Source: Girardia tigrina (lineage: Eukaryota). From it: a stretch of DNA of 64,000 bases. Shown one piece after another: positions 40,301-53,530 of this stretch. The stretch spans positions 1 through 64,000 of the forward strand of contig MQRK01255162.1 of NCBI GenBank assembly GCA_001938485.1. The letters run 5' to 3'. A program made the position numbers and the translations under genes. The first letter of the stretch is position 1; each line of letters opens with the position of its first letter. The notes below the pieces were generated by a model. The model saw only the letters and a program-made list of their open reading frames with translations, did no database searches and had not been told where the DNA came from.

Positions 40301-40372
40301 TTGAGGAGGGAACACGCACCTAGGCGATTAAAAATGATAAAGGACATGAAAGGACATTCAACTAAGTATTGA
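34361..40372 (+). pseudogene. DD34E transposase pseudogene (34361-35340 joined to 40323-40372)
   Basis: GGRP linker, NDE, FQQDLAPPH, WPGNSPDVNPIENVW (D34E). LVESMP resumes as RRLKMIKDMKGHSTKY* after the insertion. Confidence 0.92.
35341..40318. mobile_element. 4,978-bp TG...CA element with 4-bp TSD: candidate giant solo LTR or non-autonomous LTR element
   Basis: CCTA|TGTTACGG...AACACGCA|CCTA; no gag or pol motifs seen; minus-strand CCAAT (~37825) and TATATAAG (~37735). Confidence 0.8.
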
Positions 40373-40463
40373 AAGTTCCACGTAATAAATGTTTTGTTAA
40401 AAATTTGATATTTTTCTCAAAGGGTCAAAGGGAGGTGAAAAAACTTATGAATCATACTGTTTA

Positions 40464-43400
40464 TGTCGCGACCGTCCTTTGGTGTGATCATTTCTGGAGT
40501 CTCTTAAGCCCCCTGAGACTTTTAGGAGTTTTATCCACAACCCGCTCTATGCTGTCTCTGTGTAAAGTGTGATTTGTCGGTTTATTTTTATGTTGGATGG
40601 TCGGGCGCATCTCTCTCACTCTGTTTCTGCGGATAGCATAGAGCTCAGAGCGCCTTCGGTTTATCAACGCCAGGACGAACGATGTGCCCCCCCCAGCAAA
40701 ATCAGTGTCTGTAGAGGATAACATGTGTTATTTTTATTCTGGCTTCTCCCTGCTTGCATTGACCACTTATCGTTTACATTAATGACTGCCTAGATTGTCC
40801 ATAGCCTCATAATTCAACTTACACGGTCATCTCGGACTTCCATCTATGACTCAAATTACAATCTAAATTTTATTTTTTGTGGTTCTGTGGTTTTCGAAAA
40901 CGTGAACATATTTTGGGAACTGAGTCGTTTGACTTTGAGCTCCCAAGTTATCGGTAACCAACCTTAAGATACTATTACAGTAACGTAACTTCTGTGTGTG
41001 TATTTTAACTCTTAACTTCTCGATGTCTACGACCACAACTTGCCTCTCAACCCCCATATCATTTGAACGCAGTGATTGGTGATCAGGACCTTCCAGGTTC
41101 CAGACCTACACAGGTGTAAGACCAGCTCTAATTGGTATGATGTTATGTTAGAAGTGTTTGATGTTATTGATTATATTAATGTGTTAAACCCAGGACGTGT
41201 TATTGTGTATTTTATCTTGATCTGTTATGCCCCTTAGCATGTATGAAAGACTGTGGCACCAATCCATCTTTTAATATTTAATTCATTATAAAACTGTTTA
41301 CAAAATGTAGGTTCGAATACCCTGACGCAAACCCTCCGTTTATATGTGTGATTTTGGTACTAAGACCTAATGATGTGAAGAGGAACTGCTAAATGAAGTT
41401 TAAACTATTCTATTTTAGGAATAACGCATCAACAACTCCCAAATTCAGAGAATAAAATTTATTTTCTAAAACATTTTACGACGTTGTTTATACTTCTGTG
41501 GATACTCTGCTGCTTTCGTCGATTCACATAATCTTCGCCCCTATAGTCGGCGATCTACTATTGTGTCCCCAAGGTGCGCGACTCTTCCTTCGTCGGCCCT
41601 CAGTTTCTGCCTCATCTTGATCTGGAGCTGTTCTGAGTATAGCCACTCAAGTACACGTATGCGACTCTCCAAGATAACACCTCATCTCACTAGACGGGTG
41701 TATTCATCAGGCTCGATGGCAGCCTCTCTCGCGATTTTCAAGTTAGCGGATAACCGCTCCACACTATCGCGAAGGTTCAGCACCTTGCGATCCGCTGCTC
41801 TACCTCTTTTCAGTGCTTTATTTTCTTGCTGGAGTCGCTCAATGGTGCGCTTAGCTTCTTGTAACTCGGTTTGTTTTAACATCTAGAAATTATGAGTTGT
41901 TAATTTATTATTCATTCACCCTTATTCTACGAAAGTGGTCAGAAGGTTAGCACTCGGATTCCGAACCTGCTCTCCGGTATGAAGCCTGGAGTTTTGTTGT
42001 CACTAATAGACCTCATACACCGGGACTTATCCTGACTGCGATCAACGCACGTCAGAACCAGTCTTCAAGATGGTTAACTGGATTTTAAATACGGTAAGCG
42101 CCATCCTACATGAGGGTATTCGAGCTTATGTTTTTTATTACCAGATAAATTAGCTATTTACACCGGGATTTGCTAAATAATTTCTTTATTAAATAATTTC
42201 TATATTAAATAATTTCTATATATACGTAGGTACATCTAGTCATTTAACACTCTACCTTAACTGATTTTTCAATTGATTGCGAAATGATTTTATTCCTAAA
42301 ACGAAAATTGATTAAGAAAAATAATTAATTTTATATGCGCAATTGAAGTTGAGATTTTAATTCAATGCTAACAAAAATTCTATTACTAATGTCGCGACTT
42401 CTATATTAAAAATAATCGTAAAATTTAACTGTCTACACAACCGGATTCAAATTTAACTATTTACATAACTGGATTCGGGATTGGACTACACTTCGAGGTC
42501 AAAAAGACATAGCGCACGTCACAGTGCAGCGTAACGAATCATAATCTGACTAGATAATTTAATACGACACACCCATCCTCGGTTATACCTCCCCTTAACC
42601 CTCGGCAGATCGGAATATGACATCATGAATCGCCGGTCTAACTAAAAAGTACCAAATGACAAAATATCTCGATGTGTCGTCAATAATTTATTGAATGAGT
42701 TATGAAGTTATAAAGTAATTTATCGAAATAAATTCTACTAATTTGAAAAAAAAGAATAAGCCAATTATTCAGTAGTATTTATTGAAATTATTCCAAATAA
42801 CACAAGTAATTATATAAAAAATAAAATGATAATTAACAGGAAAACATAAATAAAACAGTACTTAATAAAATATTAGTCAGATCAAAATTAAACGCTTGAT
42901 ATCAATCAATACCGATTCAACTGAACTTTAGATATCGAGATTGTACCGTAAAATAATAAAATAAATTTTGTATAATAATTTGTTCGTTAAATAAATTGAG
43001 CGCCGAAGTATGTATAATAATAATTGCTTGTGAGAAACTTGTATTAGCATGTTTTTATTTATAATAGTTCTACCTCACGGTCTGCACGAACACATCGGAT
43101 GTTTCAGGTAACTGTCAATTACTAGCAGAGATTCTACGACACTGATTAGTTCATTGTCGCAATTTCCTGTCTCCCTGGATTGTTACCACGCGATGTTATT
43201 AAAACCGCTATTCAAGGTATTATCCCGAGAGGGGTGTCTGTGGTAGAGTGCACAACAGCTGTTCTCTGTCGCCAATTAAACCACTTCTAACTGACCGTCT
43301 CAGTCTGCAGGTGCTATGCATGGATGACGCACTGCGAACTTTCACTGAATTTCTATCTGTTTATAACAGGAGTGTGATTATTACATTCGATTTTAGTAAG

Positions 43401-43860
43401 TCATAGGCACTTGCGGTTATTTATACTTTATCTAAATTTTAACTATCCTCTTCTCAACCGTCAGATGTTATTAAAATCATTTATATATGTTTACTCTAGA
43501 ATTTATTTACATATTTACTCTAAGAGAACTAATTTTAAGAATCAATTTGTATGAGACGGATAAAATTTAACAATACGAAAATCTGAAACATGAACTAGTA
43601 GAAAGAAAATTGTTAATCCACCTAAGATTAACGAATTCTAAATTTCGTCGATATTGTTAAATTATATCGCTATAAAATTCTACCATAAATCTGATGTTGA
43701 AAATCTCTATTTACAAGATTATTTATTTTCTACAACTGGTTTCACTCCTTTGATTTGAGAATATTTACATCAATTATTGTCAGGGTTAAAACGTCACGAG
43801 AATGAATTTAGGTTATGCAATGATAAGCGATTCGGGGATTATATCGAATTAGGAGCCCTC
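40464..43860. mobile_element. Second LTR-like segment related to the 5-kb element (right end undefined)
   Basis: Begins TGTCGCGACCGTCCTTTGG versus TGTTACGGCCGACATTTTG; contains a minus-strand coiled-coil ORF remnant at about 41490-41882. Confidence 0.4.
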
Positions 43861-43880
43861 TAATTATTTATACAGCCTGT

Positions 43881-45953
43881 TTGGGTGACGCATTTCTTCA
43901 ATTGAAACAATGTTTAATGACCGCACCAATTTTAGCAGTTCCGAATAGCCACGACCAATTCAAATTGGATACGGATGCATGTAATAACACGATAGGATGC
44001 GTCCTCTCTCAAGTGCAAAGTGGTGATGAAAAAGTAATAGCCTACGCTTCGCATAAGTTGTCTACAGCAGAACAACATTATTGTGTGACACGAAAAGAGT
44101 TGCTGAGTGTCTATAAATACACAAAAATGTTTAGACACTATTTATTTGGAAGAAAATTTAGTATAAGAACTGACCACAAAGCTCTATGCTGGATGATGAA
44201 TAAGAAAACACCGAGTACTAGTCAATTTAGTTCATAGCTCAATGAATTGAGTGTCTTTGATATGGATATCCAATACCAGAAAGGAGAAGAACATAAGAAT
44301 GCGGACGCTATATCCCCAGCGCCAGAACATTGCCAGCAATGTGCAATAAACTACGAAAATCCGAAGGCAAAACGAAATGTTAAATATTACAATGAAAATC
44401 AAAATGATAAAAAAACTGTTGTCTACTGCTGGCGGATAGCAATGAAAGAAGAAGAGGTCTGTCAGACGGATGATAATAATCTGGCTTTGATAATTAAGCT
44501 TATGAAAAACAAAAACGTTGAAGATCAATATCCTGGAGAACTTCAAAATGCAGAAAGAGAATCCCAGGTGCTATGGAGAAATCGGAAGGACTTGCGATTT
44601 AGAGGAGACTTGCTATACATTATTCGCCAAGAGGACTATAAACTTCTTTTATCAAAAAATAGAAGAGATGAAATCATCGGCCATGCCCATATGTTGCATG
44701 GGCACATCGGAGTCAGCAAAACAACAGCTCTTTTAAATGAGAAACTCTACTGGCCAGGTATGTCTTTTGATGTTAGAATAAGAATAGGAAAATGTAAAGA
44801 ATGTCAGAGCTGAAAAAATCAACGACCAGACAGAAATAAGGCTCATGGATCCTTAAATGCAGGGTACCCCTTTGGAACAATATCTATTGATGTAACAGGA
44901 CCACTTCCAGAAAGTAAAAATGGATGTAGATACATCTTGGGAATTATGGATAACTTTTCAAAATACCCCATGCTGATACTGCTGAGAAATATGACTGCGA
45001 AAACGATATGCTAATCCATATTTGACAAGGGGATAGTGCAATTTGGAATGTCGGACAGGATACACTCAGATAGAGGTACTGCTTTTGAGGGCGAGATCGT
45101 ACAGAACTTTGTGCTCTTCTCAGAATTAGAAAATCTCGGAGCTCACCATATTATCCTCAAGGTAACGGGGTAATTGAGAGACTATTTAGTACAGCAAAAG
45201 ACATGCTTTACGCAACAGGGAAGTCATCTGGATGTGAATGGGAAGAGGCGATCCCCTTTGTTGAATTTGGACTAAGAAATACAATTTGTAGAAGCGCTGG
45301 ATTCTCTCCCTTCGAGGTGAATTTTGGTCGGAAAATGAGGTCTTTCTACTCGGAAAAGAAAGTGAGCCCAGCAAATGATGGAAACTATTGCAAATATATC
45401 ACAGAGCTTCAACAAGTGTTACAAGTGGTGAGCCAACAGATCAAGACCAAACAAGAAATTAAAAAGCCAGCTACATCAGGTTCATGGGTTTGTCTGGCAA
45501 TTGGTGATCTAGTGCTGGCTAGGATACTACCGCGAATCAAAGGAATCGATATACCGAGATACGAAAAATATTAACGGATGTGTCAACACACCATTACGGA
45601 ATTCTATAGTAAATCAAAAATTACCAAAATTTTTGGAGGCACAAATGCGGTGATCGATAAACTGGGGAAGCATGCGTACAGATTAAAAAGGATTAGTGAC
45701 GGAAGAATAATTGAGAGAAATGTGGTGGATATCAAAAGATTGAGAACATCACAAAATGATACGAGAAAATCAGAAAAAGGCTACAACAATTATGTCAAAA
45801 AATATCAAAAATGATCATCATGATGTACATGAAGAAGACCAGATGCCAGAGGAAGATCGACGGAATATTAATAAAACAAGAGTGAGACGCAATCCAGTTC
45901 AAGACCGACAGAAGCCTAAAAGATACAGAAATTAAGTTGTCGAACAGGGCGAG
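43881..45953 (+). mobile_element. Ty3/gypsy pol remnant (RNase H and integrase) ending at a PPT
   Basis: LDTDAC, IAYASHKLS, RTDHKAL; H..H..CKEC zinc finger; IDVTGPLP, HSDRG, YPQGNGVIER; GAACAGGGCGAG|TGTGG at 45954. Confidence 0.95.
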
Positions 45954-47549
45954 TGTGGAATACTTATGTAAATATTAATGTATTGGAATGTGTGTTGTTT
46001 TAATAATCATTATTGTTAATTTTAATTCAAATATATTTTTCTTAGTTAAATATTCTCTTTCACAACAGTAAGAATGACATTGAGTTTTGTTTTTATATAT
46101 TAATTTGAGATACCTGTAAATACGATAGTGTTTTTTATTGAAAAAAAATAAATTCGATACGTGACTTAATATCGTTTTGAATTGATTAAAGAGTGAATTT
46201 CTTTTCTGGATGCTGAATCGCGATGTTAAAAAGACCTCAAATATTAAAATTATAAAAACATAGAAATATACGATTTTCGATGCGCCGATTCTTCTCGTCG
46301 ATATTATCAAACTCGAATCGATTTTAGATCGAAATTTGAATAGAAATAATCAATAAACGGCGCAATGTTTCTGTGTGATCGGCGAATAGAGAATTGTTCC
46401 AATAAGATCGGTTTTTACAAAGCGAAATGTTTTTTACAATCAATTCGAAAATCGATACTGAAATGGTTAAAGTATTCTGTGAAAGATTCAAAAGATTTAA
46501 TGATAAATCGAATTCGATAAACGTTAATTTTCAAATGCTTCATCCATTCAAACCGTCATCGACTAAATACACGAAAAACATCCATTATAATGCAATCGAT
46601 TGTCGGGCCGGATTACTGGCGTCGACAAAACAAGACGAGGAGTTAAATTAGAAACTTGCCGAATCGAATACGATCATTATAGGAAACTCGTTACCACGAT
46701 AATCTTCCGAAATCCGACGGAGAGGTAATAATACGATGTAGACTTATTGAGTATATTTGATGTCGAACTATATCGTTGATGTTAATAAAATTTTTATATT
46801 AATTTTCTTTTATTAATAATTATTTCAGTACATAAAGATAATAGTCCTTGTTTAATGGAGTAGGGTTCGTCGTCGTCTTCTCCCCTCCTCACCCATCCAA
46901 ACGATTCATTAAAGATATAATGATAAAGTTAGTGAACTATCTGAAGATAAGTACAATCGTAAAGGAAACATTGATTACTATTGAATCAATATCCCAGACG
47001 GAATGGATAGTAGAGTAGGAAATGAACAGATGAGTCAGCAGTAAATGAGCCAATTCCGTGTCGATCTAGTGGTAGAAATGAATAATCGACTCCAATAATA
47101 CTAGTCGTACATGCGTTGACAAAAAATTTTTGACAGCGAATGCCTCTTCTCATGAAATTGTCTTGAATTACAATTTGAACGACTGTAATCGGAATTGTCT
47201 TATAAATGTTGTTTGAACACTTATAATCTGAATCTTATAAATATTATTTAAAACGATAAATATAAATATGATCTGAAATGGTAAATTTGTAATTCCTAGC
47301 GAAACAGCGAGTATTGAATCTAAATGAACGAAATTTTAATTAATAAAATTTGTTTGATTGTAAAAATGAGGCTCGGTTGAGAGAGCAAATCAATAACGAA
47401 TGTAGTGAAACGATATTGGAAATGGAGAGGAATAATGCTCAGAACATGAATCTCCGCGCCCGAATGCAAGTTGAAATGCAGCGAACTCCAAATTCAATTT
47501 CGGTTGCATGTTTACACAGATCGACATTAAATCCAATATCAACCAACCA

Positions 47550-47923
47550 ATAGAAAGCACAGTTGATCCTCGTCTCAAAGAAGCGTTCACAGAACTTCAA
47601 CTCCAACGAACTCATTGCAACAAACAAACAAAATTCCTCAAAGCGCAGTTGGAGACGACTAAAACGAAAATCCGACTGACAGAAATCGTCATATCGCAAC
47701 TGAAATCGTTTTCGGCCGACGTGAGGACTTTTACGGCTGTTACTAGCTGCTACTAGCGCCAAATGATGTGCTGATCGAGCAGTTACAGAAAGAGATGAAT
47801 CCGATCACCAAGAATCAGGATGACATTCGAGCAGTGAATGATGAGCCGTAGAACAGTGTGTCTGTGGCCGAGGTGAAGGTGCGCGATATCATCGAGAAGA
47901 AAAAGAAAGATTTCGTGAAATAA
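47550..47923 (+). pseudogene. PFDN1: Prefoldin subunit 1 pseudogene, essentially full length and intronless
   Basis: STVDPRLKEAFTELQ...SVSVAEVKVRDII versus human PVDLELKKAFTELQ...SVKEAEDNIREML. ATA in place of ATG, one frameshift, one TAG. Confidence 0.8.
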
Positions 47924-47956
47924 ATGTGATAAATTCGAATTCTCCTGCTACTTCAA

Positions 47957-48451
47957 ATGGTCCGAGATTCTTCATACGGGAAGAATTCAAATCTTGTTGA
48001 ACACACTACAATGATCTTTAAAAGCCTTCTTCGAACTAAAGAGATAAATGAAGAAACATTTCTTCAAATTTATAAACAAATTAACGGTTTGCCAAATGGA
48101 AATGGGAGAAAGAATCTGTGGAACCTTTTGTCGTTTATTATAATCTATATTAGACCTACAAAGCATGGAAGCCTATTTAATTGAGCATTTGAATCAAAAT
48201 TGCAAGTCACGATAATCAAGATCAACATCTAGCATCTTTCGCTTTAAAAATTGTAACATATTCAAAAGAAGTGGACCTAGGAAAGAATGTTTATTAGAGG
48301 ACGATATTGTCCCAATAATGGAAGGAATTCGTGAAAAACAAATACAAGTAAAAGTATCAAATGAAATGATTTCAATGAATGTATCTTTCAACATTCTTGT
48401 TGAAGAAGTCATAAAAATGATCTGTGAAAAAAATGAATGTGAATACCAAGG
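47957..48451 (+). pseudogene. MyTH4 domain C-terminal part plus start of a FERM domain (myosin VII/X/XV or PLEKHH-like) fragment
   Basis: EINEETFLQIYKQING...LWNLLSFIIIYIRPT / MEAYLIEHL / GPRKECLLEDDI / IQVKV...VEEVIKMICEK across frameshifts; ends at a possible AG|GT donor. Confidence 0.7.
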
Positions 48452-49377
48452 TAGAATATGTTGAATATTCAATTGCTTATGTCGGCACAAATACAAAAAC
48501 AACAATCCAACTTATTCTATCAACTATTTAGATGCAAACAGAACATCGTCCGATCGCTGACATTCAATTTCGACAGATCTATAAATAAATGGCCATTGAT
48601 TGGCCAGTCTAAAAATATATCGGCTTCGGGATTGGTCGGTCTTCAAGATGTGGTTGCCATGGGCATCAGAATCAATAAATTCAATGACGACTTGTTCCAC
48701 CTCTGGTTATTCCAGCTCACTAATTGTGCCATCAAAGATCAGATGATCGAATGGAACTCGATTGATTTTGAATCATAAATTTATTATAATTGATTGTTTT
48801 ACTGTTTTTAGAATTTTCGATGTTTGTGGTTAACTTAATTTTTAGCAGTATTTGACATTGTACCCCTTCACTGAAAACGGACTATTGGTAAATATTATTT
48901 TGATTTCTCAGTGACTATTTCAAAAAAAACGTTTAATCGTGTTGATTATATTTGCCGAAGGACTGTATATATTTCAATGAATCGTTTGTTATAAATTTAA
49001 TCGATATTTGTTGCGTCATCATTGTATAATCGATTCGTGTTCTTGTTCAAATAATGTAATTTCTTGGATTTCGAAATGTGAAAGAAAAACACCAAATCAG
49101 TTTGGAGACTGAATCAGTGATCGAGATCAATTTAACGAAATTCCTTTCATCGACAACAAAATTCGGCTATCTATAAATAAACGACCCATGATTGGCCAAT
49201 CTGGGAATAACTCGAACATTTTTTCATAATGATTTTCTAGAAAATATGTTGTGATATTCGATTGTTTAAATCGTTTAATTTAGAAAATAAAAATATTGCA
49301 CGAAAAAGTTTTTTTGATTTAATTGAAAAAAAGGCCATTTTTTTTAAAAAGTCGGTGTTTTAAATTGAAAGAAACAA

Positions 49378-49908
49378 ATGTTCGCCGACGAATATCGATT
49401 GAAAATCGAATCGGAATTAAATTCGATTTGTAACGACGTTTTAAAATTACTGATCGATTATCTCATTCCATTGGCCACGAAAAGTGGACAACCGGAAAGT
49501 GAAGTGTTCCTTTTGAAAATGCAAGGCGATTATTATCGGTGTTTGGTGGAAGTGGCATCGAGCCAAAACAAGTCCGATATCGTGAAAAACAGTCTCAATG
49601 CGTATTTGAATGCGACATCAAGCGCATCGAAACTCCACATGACTCATCCAATTCGGTTGGGATTGGCTTTAAATTTTTCCGTATTCTATTACGAAATCAA
49701 AAACAATCGGCCGGAAGCTTGTAAACTGGCTAAAACGGCATTTGATGACGCGATCACCGATATCGATCATTTGCAAGAAGATTCGTACAAAGACAGTACT
49801 CTGATTATGCGATTGTTGAGAGAAAATCTCGATTTAATTGTGGTGGGAGTTAATCCGAGAATGACGTCGGTATTTTTCGGTCACCGTTATGCCGGGATCG
49901 GGAATTAA
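49378..49908 (+). pseudogene. 14-3-3 protein fragment (N-terminally truncated; homology ends about 49830)
   Basis: [64 protein letters not shown]; first ~75 aa absent. Confidence 0.9.
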
Positions 49909-50524
49909 TTTTGGATATGCATCTCAGAAGCCGTCATGAAACACTCATCGGATCCTGATAAGCCAACGACAATGACGAAACCATCGGACGACAAACGTTG
50001 GGGCTCACCTGACACCAGTGAGATTGTGTATTTAAGTTACGCAATCCACCCCCTAGTGCCAGGACACGGTGGCCACCAAGCTGCTCTCGCTCTCGCATCG
50101 CCAAAATTTCAATCAATAAAATTATGATTTTCTGATAGAACAGTGGTAAATAATAATAATGATATATTATTATATAATAATAATGATATTTTATTATAAT
50201 AATGATATTATCGATTAGCAATTGTATATAATCAATCAGAGTTATGCTAATAAGTATAGCTGAATTGCGAATAGTAAGTCAGATGAACAATGCAGTTATT
50301 ATAATAATTTTAAATAGAACAAATGATGAATTTATTTAAATGATAAACTGGATAAATTGTAGTCGTTTAAATAATAACTTTGTAGACGTTTGGAAAATTA
50401 CAAATATGAATGATAATACTTTATATTTAGAGCCGTATCAGGGAAATTATCGCACAGATAATCACACATTAAACCGGCATGAGGGGTGCACGCACCGAGC
50501 GAATATATCGATGATTAATCAGTA

Positions 50525-52192
50525 GTGTTAAAATCAAAAACGTTAACGAAATAAGAAGATTCATGGGAAAGATAAATTTTTACCTCAATTGCATACCACA
50601 CTTTTTCGAACTTTAGCAGATTTCAGCGAAGAAACAAAAAATAAAAATAAAACGGAATCGATAATTTTTAACGACACTAACAGAAACATTTAACATAATC
50701 AAAGAAGAAATCAATAAAATAACGGGATTGCAAATGCTATAAAACAACAACTTATGCTTAACAGCTCACGCGTCCAATACCATACTAGGAGCAGTACTCG
50801 AACAAGAAATCGAAAACAAAATTTCATCTTTATGATTTTTTCACAAAAATTAAAAGAGGAAACCAGATATTCAACATTTGACAGAGAGCTTTTAGCAATT
50901 ACAGAAGTATCAAACATTTCAAATACATACATGAAAATATACCATTCAAACTATACACTGACCATAAACCATTAATGCACATGTTCAATATTAAAGAATC
51001 AAGCCCTCGACAACAACGACACATAAATTACATCTCCCAATACAATTTGAAAATATTACACAGATAGTTGCCGACTGCCTATCATGGTCCGAAATTAATG
51101 ATACACATTTCGAAACAATTAAAAACGAAGAAGAAATTATAAACAAACAAGACGAAGTAGTCAAAGAATGCAGCAAATATAAATAATAAAAATTATTTAT
51201 TTCGAAGGCATATATTATGATAAGAGCACACAACACAACCCAAGACGTTTAATTCTAAAAGGACTAAGAGAAAAGTATATAAACGCCATGCATAACACAT
51301 GTTACTTCAACTACAAAACAACATACATACAGGTTTGCTGGCCTAACATGAGAAACGACATAAAAACACATAACTGTATTGCATGCAACTTAAACAAGAT
51401 CACTAAGCAATCTAAAATAAGATCAATGAAGTATCCTACAAACTAGAAGCAATACATATTAATATAGTAGGACAACTGCCTTCAAACAAAAACATCAGAT
51501 ATTTACTTACAATGATCGATAGAAATACAAACTGGATAGAAGTCATTCCGATCACAAAAATAGACTCACAAACCATCCTAGAGAAAATAGAATCTGAATG
51601 GATCACCGGATACGGTCAACCAAAAATAATTCTAAGAAATCAAGGAAGAAGATTCGAGGTAAAACTATTCAATGAATTGTGTAAGAAATACAAAATCGAC
51701 AAAAGGAAAACAACTCCATGTAACGCTCAGGCAAATGGAAAAATTGAACAGTTCCATCGCACCGTAAAAGAAACACTAAGAACCATTTGCGACGATCACA
51801 ATTGGACAGAAATACTGCCCACCACTCTTTTAGCACTCAGAACTAAATCAAATGAAAAAGAAAAATTATCACCGTTGCAAATACTAACATGCATAGAGCC
51901 CAATATTAATTGAAACAAAACTACGCAATAAAAGCTCAGAGATCCCAAACTACAAAAACATAGACAAAAACAAAATACTTGCATATATAAAAAAAACCAT
52001 ACACAAGGCAAAATATGAAGGACCTTACAAAATAATAAAAATAAAAAATAATACTATACTAATTGAAATAAACAACGCAAAAAACTCATAAACATCTGAA
52101 GAATAAAATTCTCAACAAGCAAGGAAAACAATTAAAATAATTTTTAAATATATTAAAAAAACCTAAGCTCCGCTTTCCTCGACCGGGATTAA
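50525..52192 (+). mobile_element. Ty3/gypsy pol remnant (RT end, RNase H, integrase)
   Basis: RRFMGKINFY, YSTFDRELLAI, YLLTMIDR, QANGKIEQFHRTVK, YEGPYKII; possible LTR start TGTAATTG at about 52193. Confidence 0.9.
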
Positions 52193-53229
52193 TGTAATTG
52201 TCTGTGGTGCGTTTATTATTATTATTATTACTTTCTTTGGTTTAAGCGTGAAAGTTTTTATTACTTTAGGGCGAAAGAATTTTTATTTGAAAAGAATAAA
52301 AGAAAAAATAAAAGACGAAAAACAGAATTGTATTTTTTAACCCCCTTTGGTTGATTTTAAATTATAATTAAAATTATTCAAAAATTGAATTGACAGAAAA
52401 TCGATAGAATTGAATCGCAATTCTTTAATACTTAAAATTAACAATAATTAAACGATAATTAAATTAATTTTTGATAATAAATATTAAATATTATCAAAAT
52501 ACATTTATTACCTTTACTAATTTTATTATTTTAAATTTAATTCGTTTCGTTTTAAATCTATTTAATTTCAAGTTTCATTTTATCTAAAACATTTATTTTT
52601 AAATATTATTAATATTGCAACTTAATCGTCTTCCCGTATTTTACCATACATTTATATTTGTTACTTTTATAATTTAATATTAATTTAAAATGTTTTTATC
52701 TTTAATTCACAAATTTAAGGGACTCCGAAAGTCTTCCTAATCTGTGACCGAGCTAATTCAAGATTAATGGGACCAATTCCTTCGTTTGATGATTGAAGTT
52801 ATTTAATTTGTCATTATTGATCAATGTGGAAATTTGATACAAATAATTTTTAATTTAAGTGGAATACTTTTCAAAAGGGTATAGAAACTTGATAATTAAA
52901 CATATAAGGTTAAAGTGATACACTCTATATGTTAATATTCTTCGTTATATTCCATAAATGACTGTGAGAAATAGTTTCACATTGATAGTTCTCTGTATGT
53001 TTCTGCTACAGGTTGTTATGCTTTAAATTCAGTGATCTTCTGGCTGTTTATTCCTTGGCGATTCCAATTTCTAATTGTCAATTCTTCAATATTCATTTAA
53101 TTTTTCGATTTATATGAAAATCAATGTATAATATAAAAAATAATTATTAAAATATATTTTTGATTATAGATATATTTATATATACACACATTTATATATG
53201 TATATATGAGTGGACATAAGGGCACTACA

Positions 53230-53530
53230 GAAACAATTCTAAGTGAAACAGTTAGTGTTGCTACCCAGTTTCGTCAGGGTGGTGTTGGTAGGGGGTGTCT
53301 CGGGAGCTGTGAGGAAATATCAGAGGAGAGTCCCAAACATATCTACCGTGATGGAGAATGCTTTGAGCATGATTGAGTGTTGTATTTATGCTTGTCGAAG
53401 GGCTTCTACTTTTCTTAAAAATGTCATTTTGGAGAATGAGGTATGTGATGATTTGGCAAATTCAATACAAATCTTGAGTTATGAATCGCACTGTTTTGAA
53501 ATTAGGCTCAGTACCCAGTTAAGACTTGTC
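53230..53530 (-). mobile_element. Possible retrotransposon gag remnant
   Basis: LRGTSLNWVLSL...DS*LKICIEFAK...VEALRQ resembles the retrotransposon gag pattern. Confidence 0.35.

Larger units (their letters stand above)
34179..40459 (+). mobile_element. Tc1-family element (~1.3 kb once the insertion is removed), split by a 5-kb insertion
   Basis: Left TIR TA|CAGTATGATTCATTCTGTTCACCTC; right TIR GAGGTGAAAAAACTTATGAATCATACTG ending at 40459. Confidence 0.9.

Noticed and set aside
43880-43895. GACGCA|TTTC as the right end and TSD of the 40464 element
   Set aside because: It also encodes the expected DAF of gypsy pol, the TSD match is only 3/4, and the two flanks are unrelated
49995-50012. Minus-strand GGTGAGCCCCAACGT as a tRNA-Trp PBS
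   Set aside because: Several mismatches, and no recognisable gag or second LTR
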